This document shows positions 18,901 through 28,033 of a stretch of 64,000 nt of DNA, in pieces (position 1 is the stretch's first letter; the number at the start of each line of letters is the position of its first letter). The position numbers were made by a program, and so were the translations under genes. The notes beneath the pieces are model-generated. The model was not told the DNA's origin and did not search any database. It saw only the letters and a list, made by a program, of their open reading frames with translations. The stretch lies in IMG/VR virus record IMGVR_UViG_3300005941_000003, positions 124,001 through 188,000 of that record, one strand, 5' to 3'.

Positions 18901-21667
18901 AATCAAAATACTATCACCGCAGTTTTCTATTGTTCTTAGTGATGTGTCTGGTAACACATTGGCTGATCTGGGTCTAGTGTCGGGTACGTATTCTAATACT
19001 GGCGGTAATATACAACCGGTATATACATTTGCATCAATAATCAACTCAGTATCCACAGACGTTAGAGTAACAGTTACGTCAGATGGAAGAATGGTATTCA
19101 CAAGTGATGCGCCTACATTGACATTCCAAGGAACGTCTTCTTCTATGCTGACAAAGGTAGGGCTGAGAACCGAATACACAAGTATCACAAGTAACAGCAA
19201 TTTCAAAATTATGCGTTGGAATTCGGTTCGTTACTCACCAGAATTCAACAACGTTGATTTTGATGACTGGTATCGTGATCTTGGATTGAATAGTCAAACG
19301 ACACTATGGGTCGATGAATATACGAACGGAAAATGGGCAGTACTAAATCGTAGTGATGTTGGGTTCCTTTCAGTTGTAGCGACACAAAGTTCACGTGTTG
19401 ATTCAACTAAAATGAACAGACTTATTGCAAAAGATGAATCAGATACATTTAAAACTTATTATGTGTATGATCCACTATATGGCCGTCTACCTGGTGAACT
19501 ACTGAAAAATATAAACTACATAACATGGGAAAACCCTGCAAAATATGATAGTGTGACATCATCAGATGTGTGGTTGGATGATCATGTAGGAGAAGTTTGG
19601 TGGGATACAGCTAATGTAAGATATTACAGATATCACGATTACGGTGATAAGCTAGGAAATATCGATGTATCATACGTAAGAAAATTCTGGGGTAAACTTG
19701 TACCCGGTTCAGAGATTGTTGTTAAGAAGTGGACCACATCACAAGTGCTACCTTCAACTGTAACAGATTATAATACATATACATACTACGACATTGTTTC
19801 AAATGCGCTAGTTACAAAGTATTACTACTGGGCTGAAACAGAGCAACGTACAGGAAATGAAATCACTATTAGTGATATCAGTGCGATGATCTCCTCTCCA
19901 ATAGGAACAAACTATTTTATTCCAGTAACAGATAATTCTATTATCGTTACCAATAAAGCGAATACGTTTGTTGGTAAGACTGTAGACTTTGAATTGCGTT
20001 ATAATATTACATCGGATACAACTGAATTGCATACTGAGTGGGAATTGTTCAACGATGATATCAATTCAAACCATGCAGGATACGCTAAAACTCAAATCAT
20101 AAATGATTTAGCATTACGCGAAGTTCAATCTTCTGTAGTATTTGAAATAGATGACGCGTCAGTATCGGATCCAACTTATGTTACATACGAACATCAAATG
20201 TTTGAAGATTGCACAATTGAAAACACTGTTGTGTCAGTTAACAGCGAATTCGTGTTGCCAAACAACATCGTGTTCGACAACGGTATCATGACCGTCATTA
20301 ACGATGGATATTTGATCGGTGATGTCGTGTGCGTGTATAAACTTGAAACATTGCAACCAATGTTAATCAAGAACACAAATACTGCAAGATCAAACTTTGC
20401 AAGTATTGTAAATGATATAATGTCACATAAAAACATCGATGCTTTTGCACCACAGTGGAGAGAATATGTCTCAGTAAGTTATGCTGTTAATTTGCATGAT
20501 TGGGTATTAAATGATGATTTTCAAAATACAGATGACTATGAGTACACATCAAATTCATATAACATTGATATGATTGATATGTATAACAATGGTGTTAATT
20601 CATTTAAAATAACCATAGATAAAAATGATGTATATGATTCATATTACTATCCAGTTAATGGTGAACTTCGACTAGTGAAGCGATCAAATTCAGCAATCAA
20701 TCTATCATTTGAAGATATGGTTTATCCTATAAACTCATATGATACGTATTTTGATAACGTAGTAGCAGTACAGATTATAGAATTTATCAATATGATAGAA
20801 GATAACGGTGGTGATGAAATTATGAAACAGATTGTTATCGGTATGGTAGATTACATGTTTACAGAACGACATGATCACGAATTGTCAATATTCAAGACAA
20901 GTTATATTGATGTGAACTTTACATATCGTCCATTGGCACAACATGCAGTATATCAAAGAGATTCATACCAAGATATGCTAGATTACATTAACGAAACAAA
21001 ACCGTATCACGTTAAAGTTCGTAATGTGAAATCAAAGTATACATTAGAAGATGATATTATAAGTGATGTTTCAGAAGAACGCCACATTGAAATAACAATG
21101 GACTTTGGTAACAACAGCAGATATAAACTTAACGTCCTTTCTGGTGAAGGAAACGATAATATAGCAGATGCGACTACAGGTGAGAATATCACAACAACGT
21201 ATGATGCTGGTAAATTACTGCGTAATGACGTTGACTTGACTAGTGAACCTGATGGTTTTGATACTGGTTTTGTACAAGCATATGCGAATGACGCAGTTTT
21301 ATTCAAAGAAGTAAATTGGACAGATGAAACTAGATTGACACTTGACAATTTGAAGTTTTATGTATATGATCAGTTTGGTAGAGGTTATATTGTACACATA
21401 GGACAGACAGATACCGTAAGCAACGTATACGGTAACAAAATCGTAGTTAACGACGAAACTCTGTTTAGGTCTGCAAAGTCAAAAACAAAGAGGCTAATTG
21501 CGCTTGAAAATGAGAACGGTCTTGAATTCATGATGTATGATAATTTATCTGGTGCAGAATTAAATATTTCGGACAGAGGCCTTTACACAGGTCTTTATGG
21601 TAATTTCTCAAGCGGTGATGCAATATTTGTAGTAGATCATATTGAGACCATAACAGCTGGTAACTAA
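12929..21667 (+). CDS. Very large baseplate wedge / virion structural protein (gp7-like position), 2912 aa
   Basis: Follows gp6. N-terminal IYDFLP..LQ...F and C-terminal YINETKPYHVKVR motifs. Contains CBM5/12-like W-x5-Y segments and a Ser/Thr-rich repeat region. Confidence 0.7.
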   Translation: MANKIYDFLPAHLQNKELETIFEATLERVFSKGNIEKTRAYVGRKEKGVYKKDDAYLSYPTFSYSRTNYSLEPVFSNVSINENIFYDDLINSLYNHGSLTNDHRRLFQCDRNTVNLPIDIDKFVNWSSYYWVSPLFAPNENINGSDIRSYVTIDRMETPNNWWSFNNSWYHYDDIKHLIDETNRNELHQAQRPIIEFDNRLSLDDESLNKAFDSVEITEPKFLIFDSENNYITSAKIFSYVTGDYAYDSELGLYAKLSVGDYASEYNYTIDIDVDVFYNVDTVGLTNIYIPTEFNYRNYRQEVSENAISSIELLHEPIDTNSVDVYFDGIKQYGNYSIVNDIVVFDNTVEDKFVYVDYCTKNEVTIEGAGNYQRIDPAIEFNPDNSYHTNVELTYSVLFEHFIRIMETVPGMDVNPVGHSPFRNLGDNSDKLRFNNYGSVMVRTNTDTKFGYFCVTKDDYNPFDAIETLSSAYSSYKNKFVTRVREILSEAGSDSKTDSEILEQAITNIIALQGRPLMFKDINMINFGKEYAHYEEQPVDVVIGSSEQFTPEFSKPVVDEYDIYVYVNGKLQVLRTDYVMSIGNTTVNFTNGYVGQVGDEITVRYYINSEDVYIPPSSTKLGLNPAYVPIIVTDNEYENSVDFIVGHDGSKTPVWGDRTDSILLEFEIRCYNNVQDKSFNYIDYQHYGPFEWADDSYTLNEKNYIMYPFFKKWMLKNNVDSLENVSYDPNNWKTWNYKFVNDITPGNWRGMYRYVYGTDNLLNEPWLVLGVASKPANFDLFYGTDYTTEQFWTDILNDAGKTAPIPVDASGNLRTPEDLFFGGNLSTDDISNMNLDWEFGDGSPVEFAWLRSSEFPFIAFLQMMIEHPFEVLDRYNSQVKNVIALYNKFKGLDTDTILADLENYEFRLGSKLGGFVNNLKLYAENTSIGNSNFTEIPRDNFDLLVHKGEPNRSEFFSAIVIEKVSIDTPHPIYDINDILSYNKGDIVLNSNDKKYYRRKVETPTQKEIDQTINFDYNAWTLISQPKTRSFGYRIHGYDDFNPVFYALDWDKTSEAKLYATDGDPLPINDWISGVGYKNSEYSIYNGQVYVCLEQHTSSTIFDNDFKYWKQLSSRPRTNQVFANGYSKVQNDQVKVFNYGDILTSLDDVAHLMVGYQEYLKLVGWNFTDVDSEDSSIIDYETLLLKFLDWSAETHQPGEFITLSPMIITGEFSAPYGVASVTKETHQNYYRVVDNMGRLIPDTAIKFYTDGEVLRWESSVPVYGMKIDISDFEHAIIVDREDSYGDTIYDPLMHNRNLRLIIDCNRTTDWDGTMTTEGYLLYGNTMVPNFETIIEDTRNYRDTLVDQNLEVVNLLKSNQYGSATRTYLDNHKVEPESQLEFYKGFLAAKGKKDSIDRLINKNSNINKVEQFGVWAHKYAEFGKTNNTIHANATVNVKDMKSNPHLIDFGDVEKRFVKTSEPYTANFKTTGYVDSSLVNYTVSGESALETLDNTLIFEGDLAWIQFDPERDWDVKRLGEIAEIDYVRETSDGQLCVALTNSIDTTDTVFLRINDSNIDPVINGYYYLIEEGTRDISGLTVYEYLVFETNYEPVSIEIDTTTSDSIYVPTSNNIGVEAIGTISFPQFLSGDTLLINGTSYIYADAAATGYISIVGADTATDPFVQPGDTMRVAVYSSVTTIENANTNITFTGTVADTTYPVTSVYGDIIVIDGTPISIDYSSTQSITEVSTATETTVISNGKTVIVDGNTVAFANIEILGTIVSPTITSTKALNINGTNITFTVADPLTPLTAQEIVDTINASSTGLSATLNVDDKIDVVFSGMILEMSGTAIQDIGLGTENTLRISKLQNVASELNVITGITSYVDATGHLVIGSSLSQMTLSGTALTSLGFEAGTYESTTDPNKTSIVNQINSSGIPNVSASATSVGVRITKNGSVLTVTEDSSTPGAMTRLGFTTSSVEVDALDLIVEQLNSVIFENDTNIGTALATVDRRIKILSPQFSIVLSDVSGNTLADLGLVSGTYSNTGGNIQPVYTFASIINSVSTDVRVTVTSDGRMVFTSDAPTLTFQGTSSSMLTKVGLRTEYTSITSNSNFKIMRWNSVRYSPEFNNVDFDDWYRDLGLNSQTTLWVDEYTNGKWAVLNRSDVGFLSVVATQSSRVDSTKMNRLIAKDESDTFKTYYVYDPLYGRLPGELLKNINYITWENPAKYDSVTSSDVWLDDHVGEVWWDTANVRYYRYHDYGDKLGNIDVSYVRKFWGKLVPGSEIVVKKWTTSQVLPSTVTDYNTYTYYDIVSNALVTKYYYWAETEQRTGNEITISDISAMISSPIGTNYFIPVTDNSIIVTNKANTFVGKTVDFELRYNITSDTTELHTEWELFNDDINSNHAGYAKTQIINDLALREVQSSVVFEIDDASVSDPTYVTYEHQMFEDCTIENTVVSVNSEFVLPNNIVFDNGIMTVINDGYLIGDVVCVYKLETLQPMLIKNTNTARSNFASIVNDIMSHKNIDAFAPQWREYVSVSYAVNLHDWVLNDDFQNTDDYEYTSNSYNIDMIDMYNNGVNSFKITIDKNDVYDSYYYPVNGELRLVKRSNSAINLSFEDMVYPINSYDTYFDNVVAVQIIEFINMIEDNGGDEIMKQIVIGMVDYMFTERHDHELSIFKTSYIDVNFTYRPLAQHAVYQRDSYQDMLDYINETKPYHVKVRNVKSKYTLEDDIISDVSEERHIEITMDFGNNSRYKLNVLSGEGNDNIADATTGENITTTYDAGKLLRNDVDLTSEPDGFDTGFVQAYANDAVLFKEVNWTDETRLTLDNLKFYVYDQFGRGYIVHIGQTDTVSNVYGNKIVVNDETLFRSAKSKTKRLIALENENGLEFMMYDNLSGAELNISDRGLYTGLYGNFSSGDAIFVVDHIETITAGN

Positions 21668-21685
21668 ATGATAGATGCAAGAAAT

Positions 21686-21693
21686 GATAAATA
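21686..21693 (+). promoter_or_regulatory. T4-type late promoter (GATAAATA)
   Basis: Intergenic, upstream of the GGAG SD and ATG 21724. Confidence 0.7.
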
Positions 21694-21723
21694 TAATATA
21701 ATGAAATCGGAGTAATTTTTTAG

Positions 21724-22386
21724 ATGTTTAACGAGAAAACAGAACCAAAAATCATTGGTGCTATTAAAATTTTTGATAAAGACACCGGTGAAGTGTTGGT
21801 TAAAAAGCGCAACGCAATACACCCAGGTAACATGGCGTATATCTTAGCATGTGCGCTAGGCGGAACACCTACCAGTATCAATCCAGGCGGCGCGACCCCA
21901 TCTATAAATTGGATGGCATTCGGCAACGGTGGCTCAACATCTACTACGACTATCTCTTATAAATCACCTAACGTTTTTACAACTTATGACCAGTATCCAA
22001 TTATATCAAGTAACGCTACGCTATATAACAAAACATATCAGCAGGAGTTACTTGATACAACCGTATACTATCCTGGCCAAGAAGTTGATCTGACGGAGAC
22101 TATTCCAAACAGTACATCAAAGATAAAATTCAGAGTTGAAATGGATCATGCGCAAGTTTCTGCAATGACAGGCGAAACTACACCTGTATCTGACAGTTCA
22201 ACAGACGATGCCGCAATTGCGGCATTTACTTTTGATGAAATTGGTTTAATTTCAGGTGTGACAGTAAATGACGAATTGGACGAATCTAGATCACTTTTAG
22301 TGACACACGTGACATTTCACCCAGTGTTGCTATCAGCGAACAGAACAATAATTATAGAATATACGATAACAATACAACTTGGGTAA
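21724..22386 (+). CDS. Virion structural protein (baseplate / tail-fibre attachment-like)
   Basis: KRNAIHPGNM, FTFDEIGL and THVTFHPV..SANR.I.I.YTI motifs, typical of jumbo-myovirus tail modules. Confidence 0.6.
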   Translation: MFNEKTEPKIIGAIKIFDKDTGEVLVKKRNAIHPGNMAYILACALGGTPTSINPGGATPSINWMAFGNGGSTSTTTISYKSPNVFTTYDQYPIISSNATLYNKTYQQELLDTTVYYPGQEVDLTETIPNSTSKIKFRVEMDHAQVSAMTGETTPVSDSSTDDAAIAAFTFDEIGLISGVTVNDELDESRSLLVTHVTFHPVLLSANRTIIIEYTITIQLG

Positions 22387-22416
22387 TATGAGATCCGGAA
22401 ACTCATATTATCTTTT
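22384..22416 (+). terminator. Stem-loop followed by a short T run (possible terminator or processing site)
   Basis: taatatgag (22384-22392) pairs with ctcatatta (22402-22410), followed by tctttt. Confidence 0.45.
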
Positions 22417-22447
22417 AAAACTTGACTAGTCAAAATGGGAGTACAAC

Positions 22448-23335
22448 ATGGCTGTTGGATCTACAATTTATTTCAATGATCTATCGACGCTGCGCGATAC
22501 AATGAATACAATACTTAATGGCAGCGCCGTTGGTTCAGGTTATAACCAGGGTCACGCGGTAGCGGCAAACCCAGCAACTGGCGATCTAATCGATGATGCA
22601 TATTATGATTCGCTTTACAGTGCTGCGGCAAAGATTGCTAACTTTTACAACATAACAAACCCATTCACCGCGGTGAATGCAGGTACAGTTGTATCATGGT
22701 CGCATTATGGATCAAACGCTGCATCATTTAATAGTACACTAACAACTCAACATGCGGCTCCTTGGACATACGCAGTTGACTGGGATACGTCAGTTTCATC
22801 AGTTCTTTCCTCAAGTGTATCAAACTGGAATGCTGCACATACATTTGACTTTAACTTAACATTTAGTAGTACAGCACACATGAACTCATGGTTCACAGCA
22901 GGTGGTGATATTAGAATTTCAGCATCACATAACAGTTCGGCAGACGCACAGGCAGCATCATGGCAGCAACTTTGCACCGAACTTGGTACATTTGTGATAA
23001 GTGTACAACCAACAAATAGTACAAACGTAGACCTAGCAACAGTCAAAAAGTACAGTGAACTTGGTACATCATATGCGACTATTAAACAAGAGTATGCAAA
23101 CGATACATATTATTCAATGAACACAATACAAGTTCAAGCATATAAATCTGCTACTGTTGTTTATGTTCGTGTAATTATTGACGATGCTCACGTTGGTGGT
23201 ACTTATGGTACACAGACTGGTAGTGACATTGTATCTGGTACAACAACTGTTTCGGTTTCTTCAAGAACAACAAGTAACGCTACGGGTTCAGTAGTTATTG
23301 CGGCACCTACATACAACGTTACATCTAACCTATAA
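22448..23335 (+). CDS. Virion structural / fibre-like protein (paralog of the next gene)
   Basis: Ser/Thr/Ala-rich. Shares GY.Q, F..GG..RI, W..L, DDAH, D.V.GT.TVS and PTY motifs with 23354-24331. Confidence 0.55.
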   Translation: MAVGSTIYFNDLSTLRDTMNTILNGSAVGSGYNQGHAVAANPATGDLIDDAYYDSLYSAAAKIANFYNITNPFTAVNAGTVVSWSHYGSNAASFNSTLTTQHAAPWTYAVDWDTSVSSVLSSSVSNWNAAHTFDFNLTFSSTAHMNSWFTAGGDIRISASHNSSADAQAASWQQLCTELGTFVISVQPTNSTNVDLATVKKYSELGTSYATIKQEYANDTYYSMNTIQVQAYKSATVVYVRVIIDDAHVGGTYGTQTGSDIVSGTTTVSVSSRTTSNATGSVVIAAPTYNVTSNL

Positions 23336-23353
23336 TTTTAAGAAGGAACTGTT

Positions 23354-24331
23354 ATGGCACCACAGAGTTACTACATCGGCGGGAAAATAAGAGCATCAGA
23401 CCTAAGTGCTTGGTACAACGATCTTAACAATATCGTTGGCGTCGGTGTTGGTGATTCTGGATATGGACAGTCACAACTGTACACAGATGTTTCTCACATT
23501 ATTCCGGGTTATAAGATAAAATCAGAAGATTGGGATCGTCTACTTGTAGTAATGCACCATGCGGCGAGACACCAAGGTACATCTATAACAGTACCAACAG
23601 ATGTTAACGACCCAGCTTTCCCAGGTATAAACAAAGTTATTGAAATTATTACTGACTTGGAATTCGATATGAATTCTATTATATCAAATAAATTAAATGC
23701 TAACTTGGCATATATGACTCTTGCGGGTAATAAGTTAGCATCATCAAACACATACTATGATCCACAATCCGGTACTCCCACATGGACTGGTACTGTGTTT
23801 TATGAATTCAACGCGACATTCGCAGACGAAGATACACGCAGACACTTCTTTAATACGGGCGGAGAAGTGCGCATTGATAACTCTCTTACAAATGTCGATA
23901 TCTCTCATGCACAGTCTGTGGCTTGGGAAGAACTTATTTCAACAGTTGGTGTTATAAAATTTGCGATTAACACAACATCAAGTACTGGTGAAGTAGGTAC
24001 ACCTGGTCCTGGTTTTACGTCACTTACAACATCGTATGAACTTGTGTATACTAAAGGTGGTACTGCTGATTATGCGCAAAACCAAATCAACGTATATGCA
24101 AAACTTTCAGGTACAAACGAAATCGATTTCAAGATATCATTCGATGATGCACACCTCGCAGATAGCGGTACATGGGAGAACCCACCGGACAGTGGTTCTT
24201 GGACCGGTACAGACTATGTTGCAGGTACATTAACTGTTAGTATCGGCGATCTATATGCAGACGATACAACAACAGATGGTGTTGCTCTTGCAAGTACTCT
24301 CCCAACATACTCACATATCACTGAACTTTAA
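23354..24331 (+). CDS. Virion structural / fibre-like protein (paralog of the previous gene)
   Basis: Same shared motifs; AGGA SD. Confidence 0.55.
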   Translation: MAPQSYYIGGKIRASDLSAWYNDLNNIVGVGVGDSGYGQSQLYTDVSHIIPGYKIKSEDWDRLLVVMHHAARHQGTSITVPTDVNDPAFPGINKVIEIITDLEFDMNSIISNKLNANLAYMTLAGNKLASSNTYYDPQSGTPTWTGTVFYEFNATFADEDTRRHFFNTGGEVRIDNSLTNVDISHAQSVAWEELISTVGVIKFAINTTSSTGEVGTPGPGFTSLTTSYELVYTKGGTADYAQNQINVYAKLSGTNEIDFKISFDDAHLADSGTWENPPDSGSWTGTDYVAGTLTVSIGDLYADDTTTDGVALASTLPTYSHITEL

Positions 24332-24334
24332 TAG

Positions 24335-24363
24335 TTGACTTTCATTTAGATCGGTAGTATACT
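24335..24363 (+). promoter_or_regulatory. Sigma70 promoter at the start of the glyco-island
   Basis: TTGACT (24335-40), 17 nt, TATACT (24358-63); AGGAG SD downstream. Confidence 0.8.
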
Positions 24364-24386
24364 CAAAGTAATATAGGAGTATAACT

Positions 24387-24758
24387 ATGGCTACAGATAT
24401 CCCAACAGAAAAGCTAATGAAGCTAGAACGTGCGCTTGAAACATCAAACGCGATGCAGACATTCAACCTTGCAAAAAATAATTTAAAAGTTAAAACACAA
24501 AATCTTCTATCGTATTCACACAACGGTGGCATCTTCAAAGTAGATCAAGGTCTAATCTCATTCGTTAACTATGTTATTGAATCCGGTAAAGATACTGTTG
24601 TGATTCTAGATAAGAATGAAATTCCAATTAAGATTGAAAATCTTTCACAATTCTTGGAAGATATTTCAAGTCTATATTTCGAAGCAGTAAATGAATATTA
24701 TAATGACTATGAAAAACTTCGTAGTTCACGTAAGATTGAAAAGGTACTAGAAATCTAA
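24387..24758 (+). CDS. Hypothetical protein (possibly fibre-assembly chaperone-like)
   Basis: Strong SD; TAATG coupling to the next gene. The function guess rests only on size and position. Confidence 0.6.
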   Translation: MATDIPTEKLMKLERALETSNAMQTFNLAKNNLKVKTQNLLSYSHNGGIFKVDQGLISFVNYVIESGKDTVVILDKNEIPIKIENLSQFLEDISSLYFEAVNEYYNDYEKLRSSRKIEKVLEI

Positions 24759-25624
24759 TGAGTAAAGGAATTCTCATATTTGCTAGAAACAATAGCACTA
24801 TAAAGTATGGAGAGATTGCCTGCCAGTGCGCTGGATTTGCAAAAGCGAATCTAAAAAAGTTTGATGAAATATGTTTAGTTACTGATCAAGAGACGTACAA
24901 TTCTGCATCCACAGAGATTGATTTTTGGTTCGACAGAGTTATCATTCAAGAAAAGATTCTAGAAAATAACAAACGTATGTTCAAAGACACAACAGCATCG
25001 ACACAGATTGATCAATTTTTTAATCTTGATCGTAGTATGGCATACCAACTTTCTCCATATGATGAAACTCTGATAATAGATGCAGACTACTTTGTATTGA
25101 GTAATGCATTAGATAATGTTTGGGGCAGTGAAAATAATTTCATGATCAACAAAAAGTATCGTGATATTGCTGGAATTCACGATACAGATGTTCATTACAT
25201 TGATGAATTTACTATTCCTATGCATTGGGCAACTGTTATATATTTTAGAAAATCTGATATTGCTGAGGACATTTTTACGCTAGTAACTCATATAAAAGAA
25301 CATTATCCATATTACAAAGATTTGTATAACTGTTCTGGTGGTATGTTTAGAAATGATTACGCGTTTAGTATCGCGTTGCATATATTGAACGGAAATATGG
25401 ATTCTAGTATACCAAGTTTACCTATTGAATATTTGAATAACAGTTTTGATACTGACGACATTTTTAGAGTGAATTCAACAAACGATATTATCATGTTTTG
25501 TTCAAAGAAAGAAAATCGAAGCGAACATATACTTGGAAGATTTGTAAACACCGACATCCACATCATGAATAAGTATGCATTAAGTAGACATTTGGATGAA
25601 TTTAGAAAGGTGTTACATGACTAA
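24758..25624 (+). CDS. GT-A fold glycosyltransferase-like protein (GT8 / mannosyltransferase-like)
   Basis: KGILIFA.NN...Y...A start and SPYDETLIIDADY DxD motif. Confidence 0.7.
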   Translation: MSKGILIFARNNSTIKYGEIACQCAGFAKANLKKFDEICLVTDQETYNSASTEIDFWFDRVIIQEKILENNKRMFKDTTASTQIDQFFNLDRSMAYQLSPYDETLIIDADYFVLSNALDNVWGSENNFMINKKYRDIAGIHDTDVHYIDEFTIPMHWATVIYFRKSDIAEDIFTLVTHIKEHYPYYKDLYNCSGGMFRNDYAFSIALHILNGNMDSSIPSLPIEYLNNSFDTDDIFRVNSTNDIIMFCSKKENRSEHILGRFVNTDIHIMNKYALSRHLDEFRKVLHD

Positions 25625-26477
25625 AGGTTATATTGCTATTGCACAGAATAACGCGGAAACAGATTACTTAAATCTGACATATGCTATGGCGTTAAGTCTG
25701 AAAGCAACACAAAAAGAAAATGCAATATGTGTATGTGTTGACGAACAAACAAAAGCACTCATTACTGATAAACACCGAGAAGTATTTGATCACATCGTGG
25801 ACATCCCTTTCGGTGATCCCGCCATATATCAATTATGGAAAATTCAAAACAAATGGAAATATGCACATATGACTCCGTTTGATGAAACCATTATTCTTGA
25901 TTGTGACCAAGTATTTACTGGTAGCGTAGATCATTGGTGGAAGCATCTTGCACGTAAAGATGTTTGGGCGTGTACGAATGTCAAAACATTTAGAGGCGAA
26001 AATGCAACAAGTGATTACTACCGAACCAAGTTTACAGAGTTGGATCTTCCTAATGTCTATAGTAATTTTACGTATTTTAAGAAGAATGAAAAAGGATTCG
26101 AATTCTTCAAGATGGTAGAACTCATTATGGAAAATTGGACTGTTTTCTATGATCAGTTCTTGAAAGGCAAAGGCCAGAATTGGATCAGCGCAGACGTTGC
26201 ATATGCGCTTGCAATAAAACTACTTGACATCGAAAACGAAGTATGCGATTATGACATTAAGGATGTGCCTACATTCGTGCATATGAAAAGTTACATTCAA
26301 AACGTTAATCGTGCAAAGATCGACAGTGTATGGACAAAATCTATTACTAGTGATTTAGCAGATGACGGCACCGTGACTATTGGCAACTATAAACAAAACT
26401 TGCCCGTACACTATGTCGAAAAAGACTGGATGACAGCGGAAAAAATAAAAGTATATGAGAGGCTATTAGGTATATGA
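25617..26477 (+). CDS. GT-A fold glycosyltransferase-like protein (paralog of the previous gene)
   Basis: KGYIAIAQNN, TPFDETIILDCD and FVHMK motifs. Start moved from 25596 to 25617 (AAGGTG SD, alignment with the paralog). Confidence 0.7.
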   Translation: MTKGYIAIAQNNAETDYLNLTYAMALSLKATQKENAICVCVDEQTKALITDKHREVFDHIVDIPFGDPAIYQLWKIQNKWKYAHMTPFDETIILDCDQVFTGSVDHWWKHLARKDVWACTNVKTFRGENATSDYYRTKFTELDLPNVYSNFTYFKKNEKGFEFFKMVELIMENWTVFYDQFLKGKGQNWISADVAYALAIKLLDIENEVCDYDIKDVPTFVHMKSYIQNVNRAKIDSVWTKSITSDLADDGTVTIGNYKQNLPVHYVEKDWMTAEKIKVYERLLGI

Positions 26478-27052
26478 TCAGTCTAAAAGAAAAAGATGAT
26501 AACACTAAAGCCAGAGTAGTTGTGTTTGGTACAGATGGTATTATAACAAAAATTTCAACAGTTGTGACAGGTGAAGAAACAAACTATGCATGGTTCGAGT
26601 TTGACACCATTAGACCATTTTTAACTGGTGAATATAAATTCTCTGACTATGTTGTTACTAAAACTAAGAACCCGCTTATATATCAGATAACAAAGAAAAG
26701 TATTGACTTTAAATCCCGGTCATCTGAAAAACAAATACAAAAAGTAACAAAGAATGATGATCCAGAACTAACTATAAAGTTTGATGGCAAACGTCTTGAA
26801 TTTACTTTAAACAAAAAACTTGTAGATGAAGCAAACGTTGTCAGTGGAAATGAAGTACTAATCGCAGGCAATGCGGTGCATCCATTTCACATTACATTTA
26901 AGGATAAGCCCGATTTCATTCTAAAGACTGTGACTATACCATATACTGATCTATTTTGCGGCGAGACTGTATCTTTAGATTTTAACTATGACCCGACTAA
27001 GATAAGTATATACACAAAAAAGTACTTCAATACATACTCTATGGAGCAATAA
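26474..27052 (+). CDS. Hypothetical protein
   Basis: ATGA overlap with the upstream stop; no recognisable motif. Confidence 0.65.
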   Translation: MISLKEKDDNTKARVVVFGTDGIITKISTVVTGEETNYAWFEFDTIRPFLTGEYKFSDYVVTKTKNPLIYQITKKSIDFKSRSSEKQIQKVTKNDDPELTIKFDGKRLEFTLNKKLVDEANVVSGNEVLIAGNAVHPFHITFKDKPDFILKTVTIPYTDLFCGETVSLDFNYDPTKISIYTKKYFNTYSMEQ

Positions 27053-28030
27053 ATGACAAAGCTAGTTATAGGCGACTTGGACATATTTTATCTAAGCTAT
27101 GATGAACCAAACAAAGAAGAACATTGGGCGAATCTTTTGCAAAAGTTCCCATACGCAAAGCGCGTAGATGGTGTAAAAGGTTTCGATAACGCACATAAGG
27201 AATGCGCGAGACAAAGTGACACTGATCGTTTTATCACGATTGATGGTGATAACATCGTAGACGAAAAGTTCTTTAACATTGAATTATCATTCCCAGAAGA
27301 TACAGATTTGAAAAATTCTGTTATCTCTTGGAGTGCTAAAAACATCGTTAATGGTTTAGTATATGGTAATGGTGGTATCAAATGTTGGCCAGTAGACCTT
27401 GTACTAGAAATGCAAACACATGAAAATGCAGTTGACGAAACAAAGAAGGTTGACTTCTGTTGGGACCTGAACTATATTCAGATGAACAATGTGTACTCAA
27501 TGGTGTTCAATGCGGGCTCGCCATTCCAAGCATTCCGTGCAGGATATCGTGAAGGTGTAAAAATGTCCCTTGATGAAGGTAAAACTGTACCAGCGGAAGA
27601 CTTCAAGAAGCGCATATGGCCAAAGAACTATGAACGACTATTAACTTGGTGTAACGTTGGTTCGGATATTGAGAATGGAATTTGGGCAATTTATGGTGCG
27701 CGGCTTGGTTGTTATGATGTAAACTTGAATCCAAACTTTGTTCTAGAGAATATCTCTAGTTACGATTGGTTCAAAGACTACTTTGAAAAACAAATTCTAC
27801 CAGAGTTTGAAGGCGGCGAAGAAACTTGCATGAGAACAAAAGTGAAATGGGATTACGATAAACTTTATACTGCATGTCTTGATCTAGGTGACACATTATC
27901 TGATAAGATAGGTATGGAACTTTGTGACCCAACTACAGAATTGTCTGCGTTCTTTAAACGCGTTTATACGAATCCACCAAGAGTAATGAACCCACTGGCA
28001 ACTGAAAAACAAACTGGCTGGGATAGGTAA
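27053..28030 (+). CDS. Glycosyltransferase-like protein (GT-A, DxD)
   Basis: FYLSYDEPN, RVDGVKGFDNAH, FITIDGDN and YGNGGIK motifs. Confidence 0.6.
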   Translation: MTKLVIGDLDIFYLSYDEPNKEEHWANLLQKFPYAKRVDGVKGFDNAHKECARQSDTDRFITIDGDNIVDEKFFNIELSFPEDTDLKNSVISWSAKNIVNGLVYGNGGIKCWPVDLVLEMQTHENAVDETKKVDFCWDLNYIQMNNVYSMVFNAGSPFQAFRAGYREGVKMSLDEGKTVPAEDFKKRIWPKNYERLLTWCNVGSDIENGIWAIYGARLGCYDVNLNPNFVLENISSYDWFKDYFEKQILPEFEGGEETCMRTKVKWDYDKLYTACLDLGDTLSDKIGMELCDPTTELSAFFKRVYTNPPRVMNPLATEKQTGWDR

Positions 28031-28033
28031 TTA

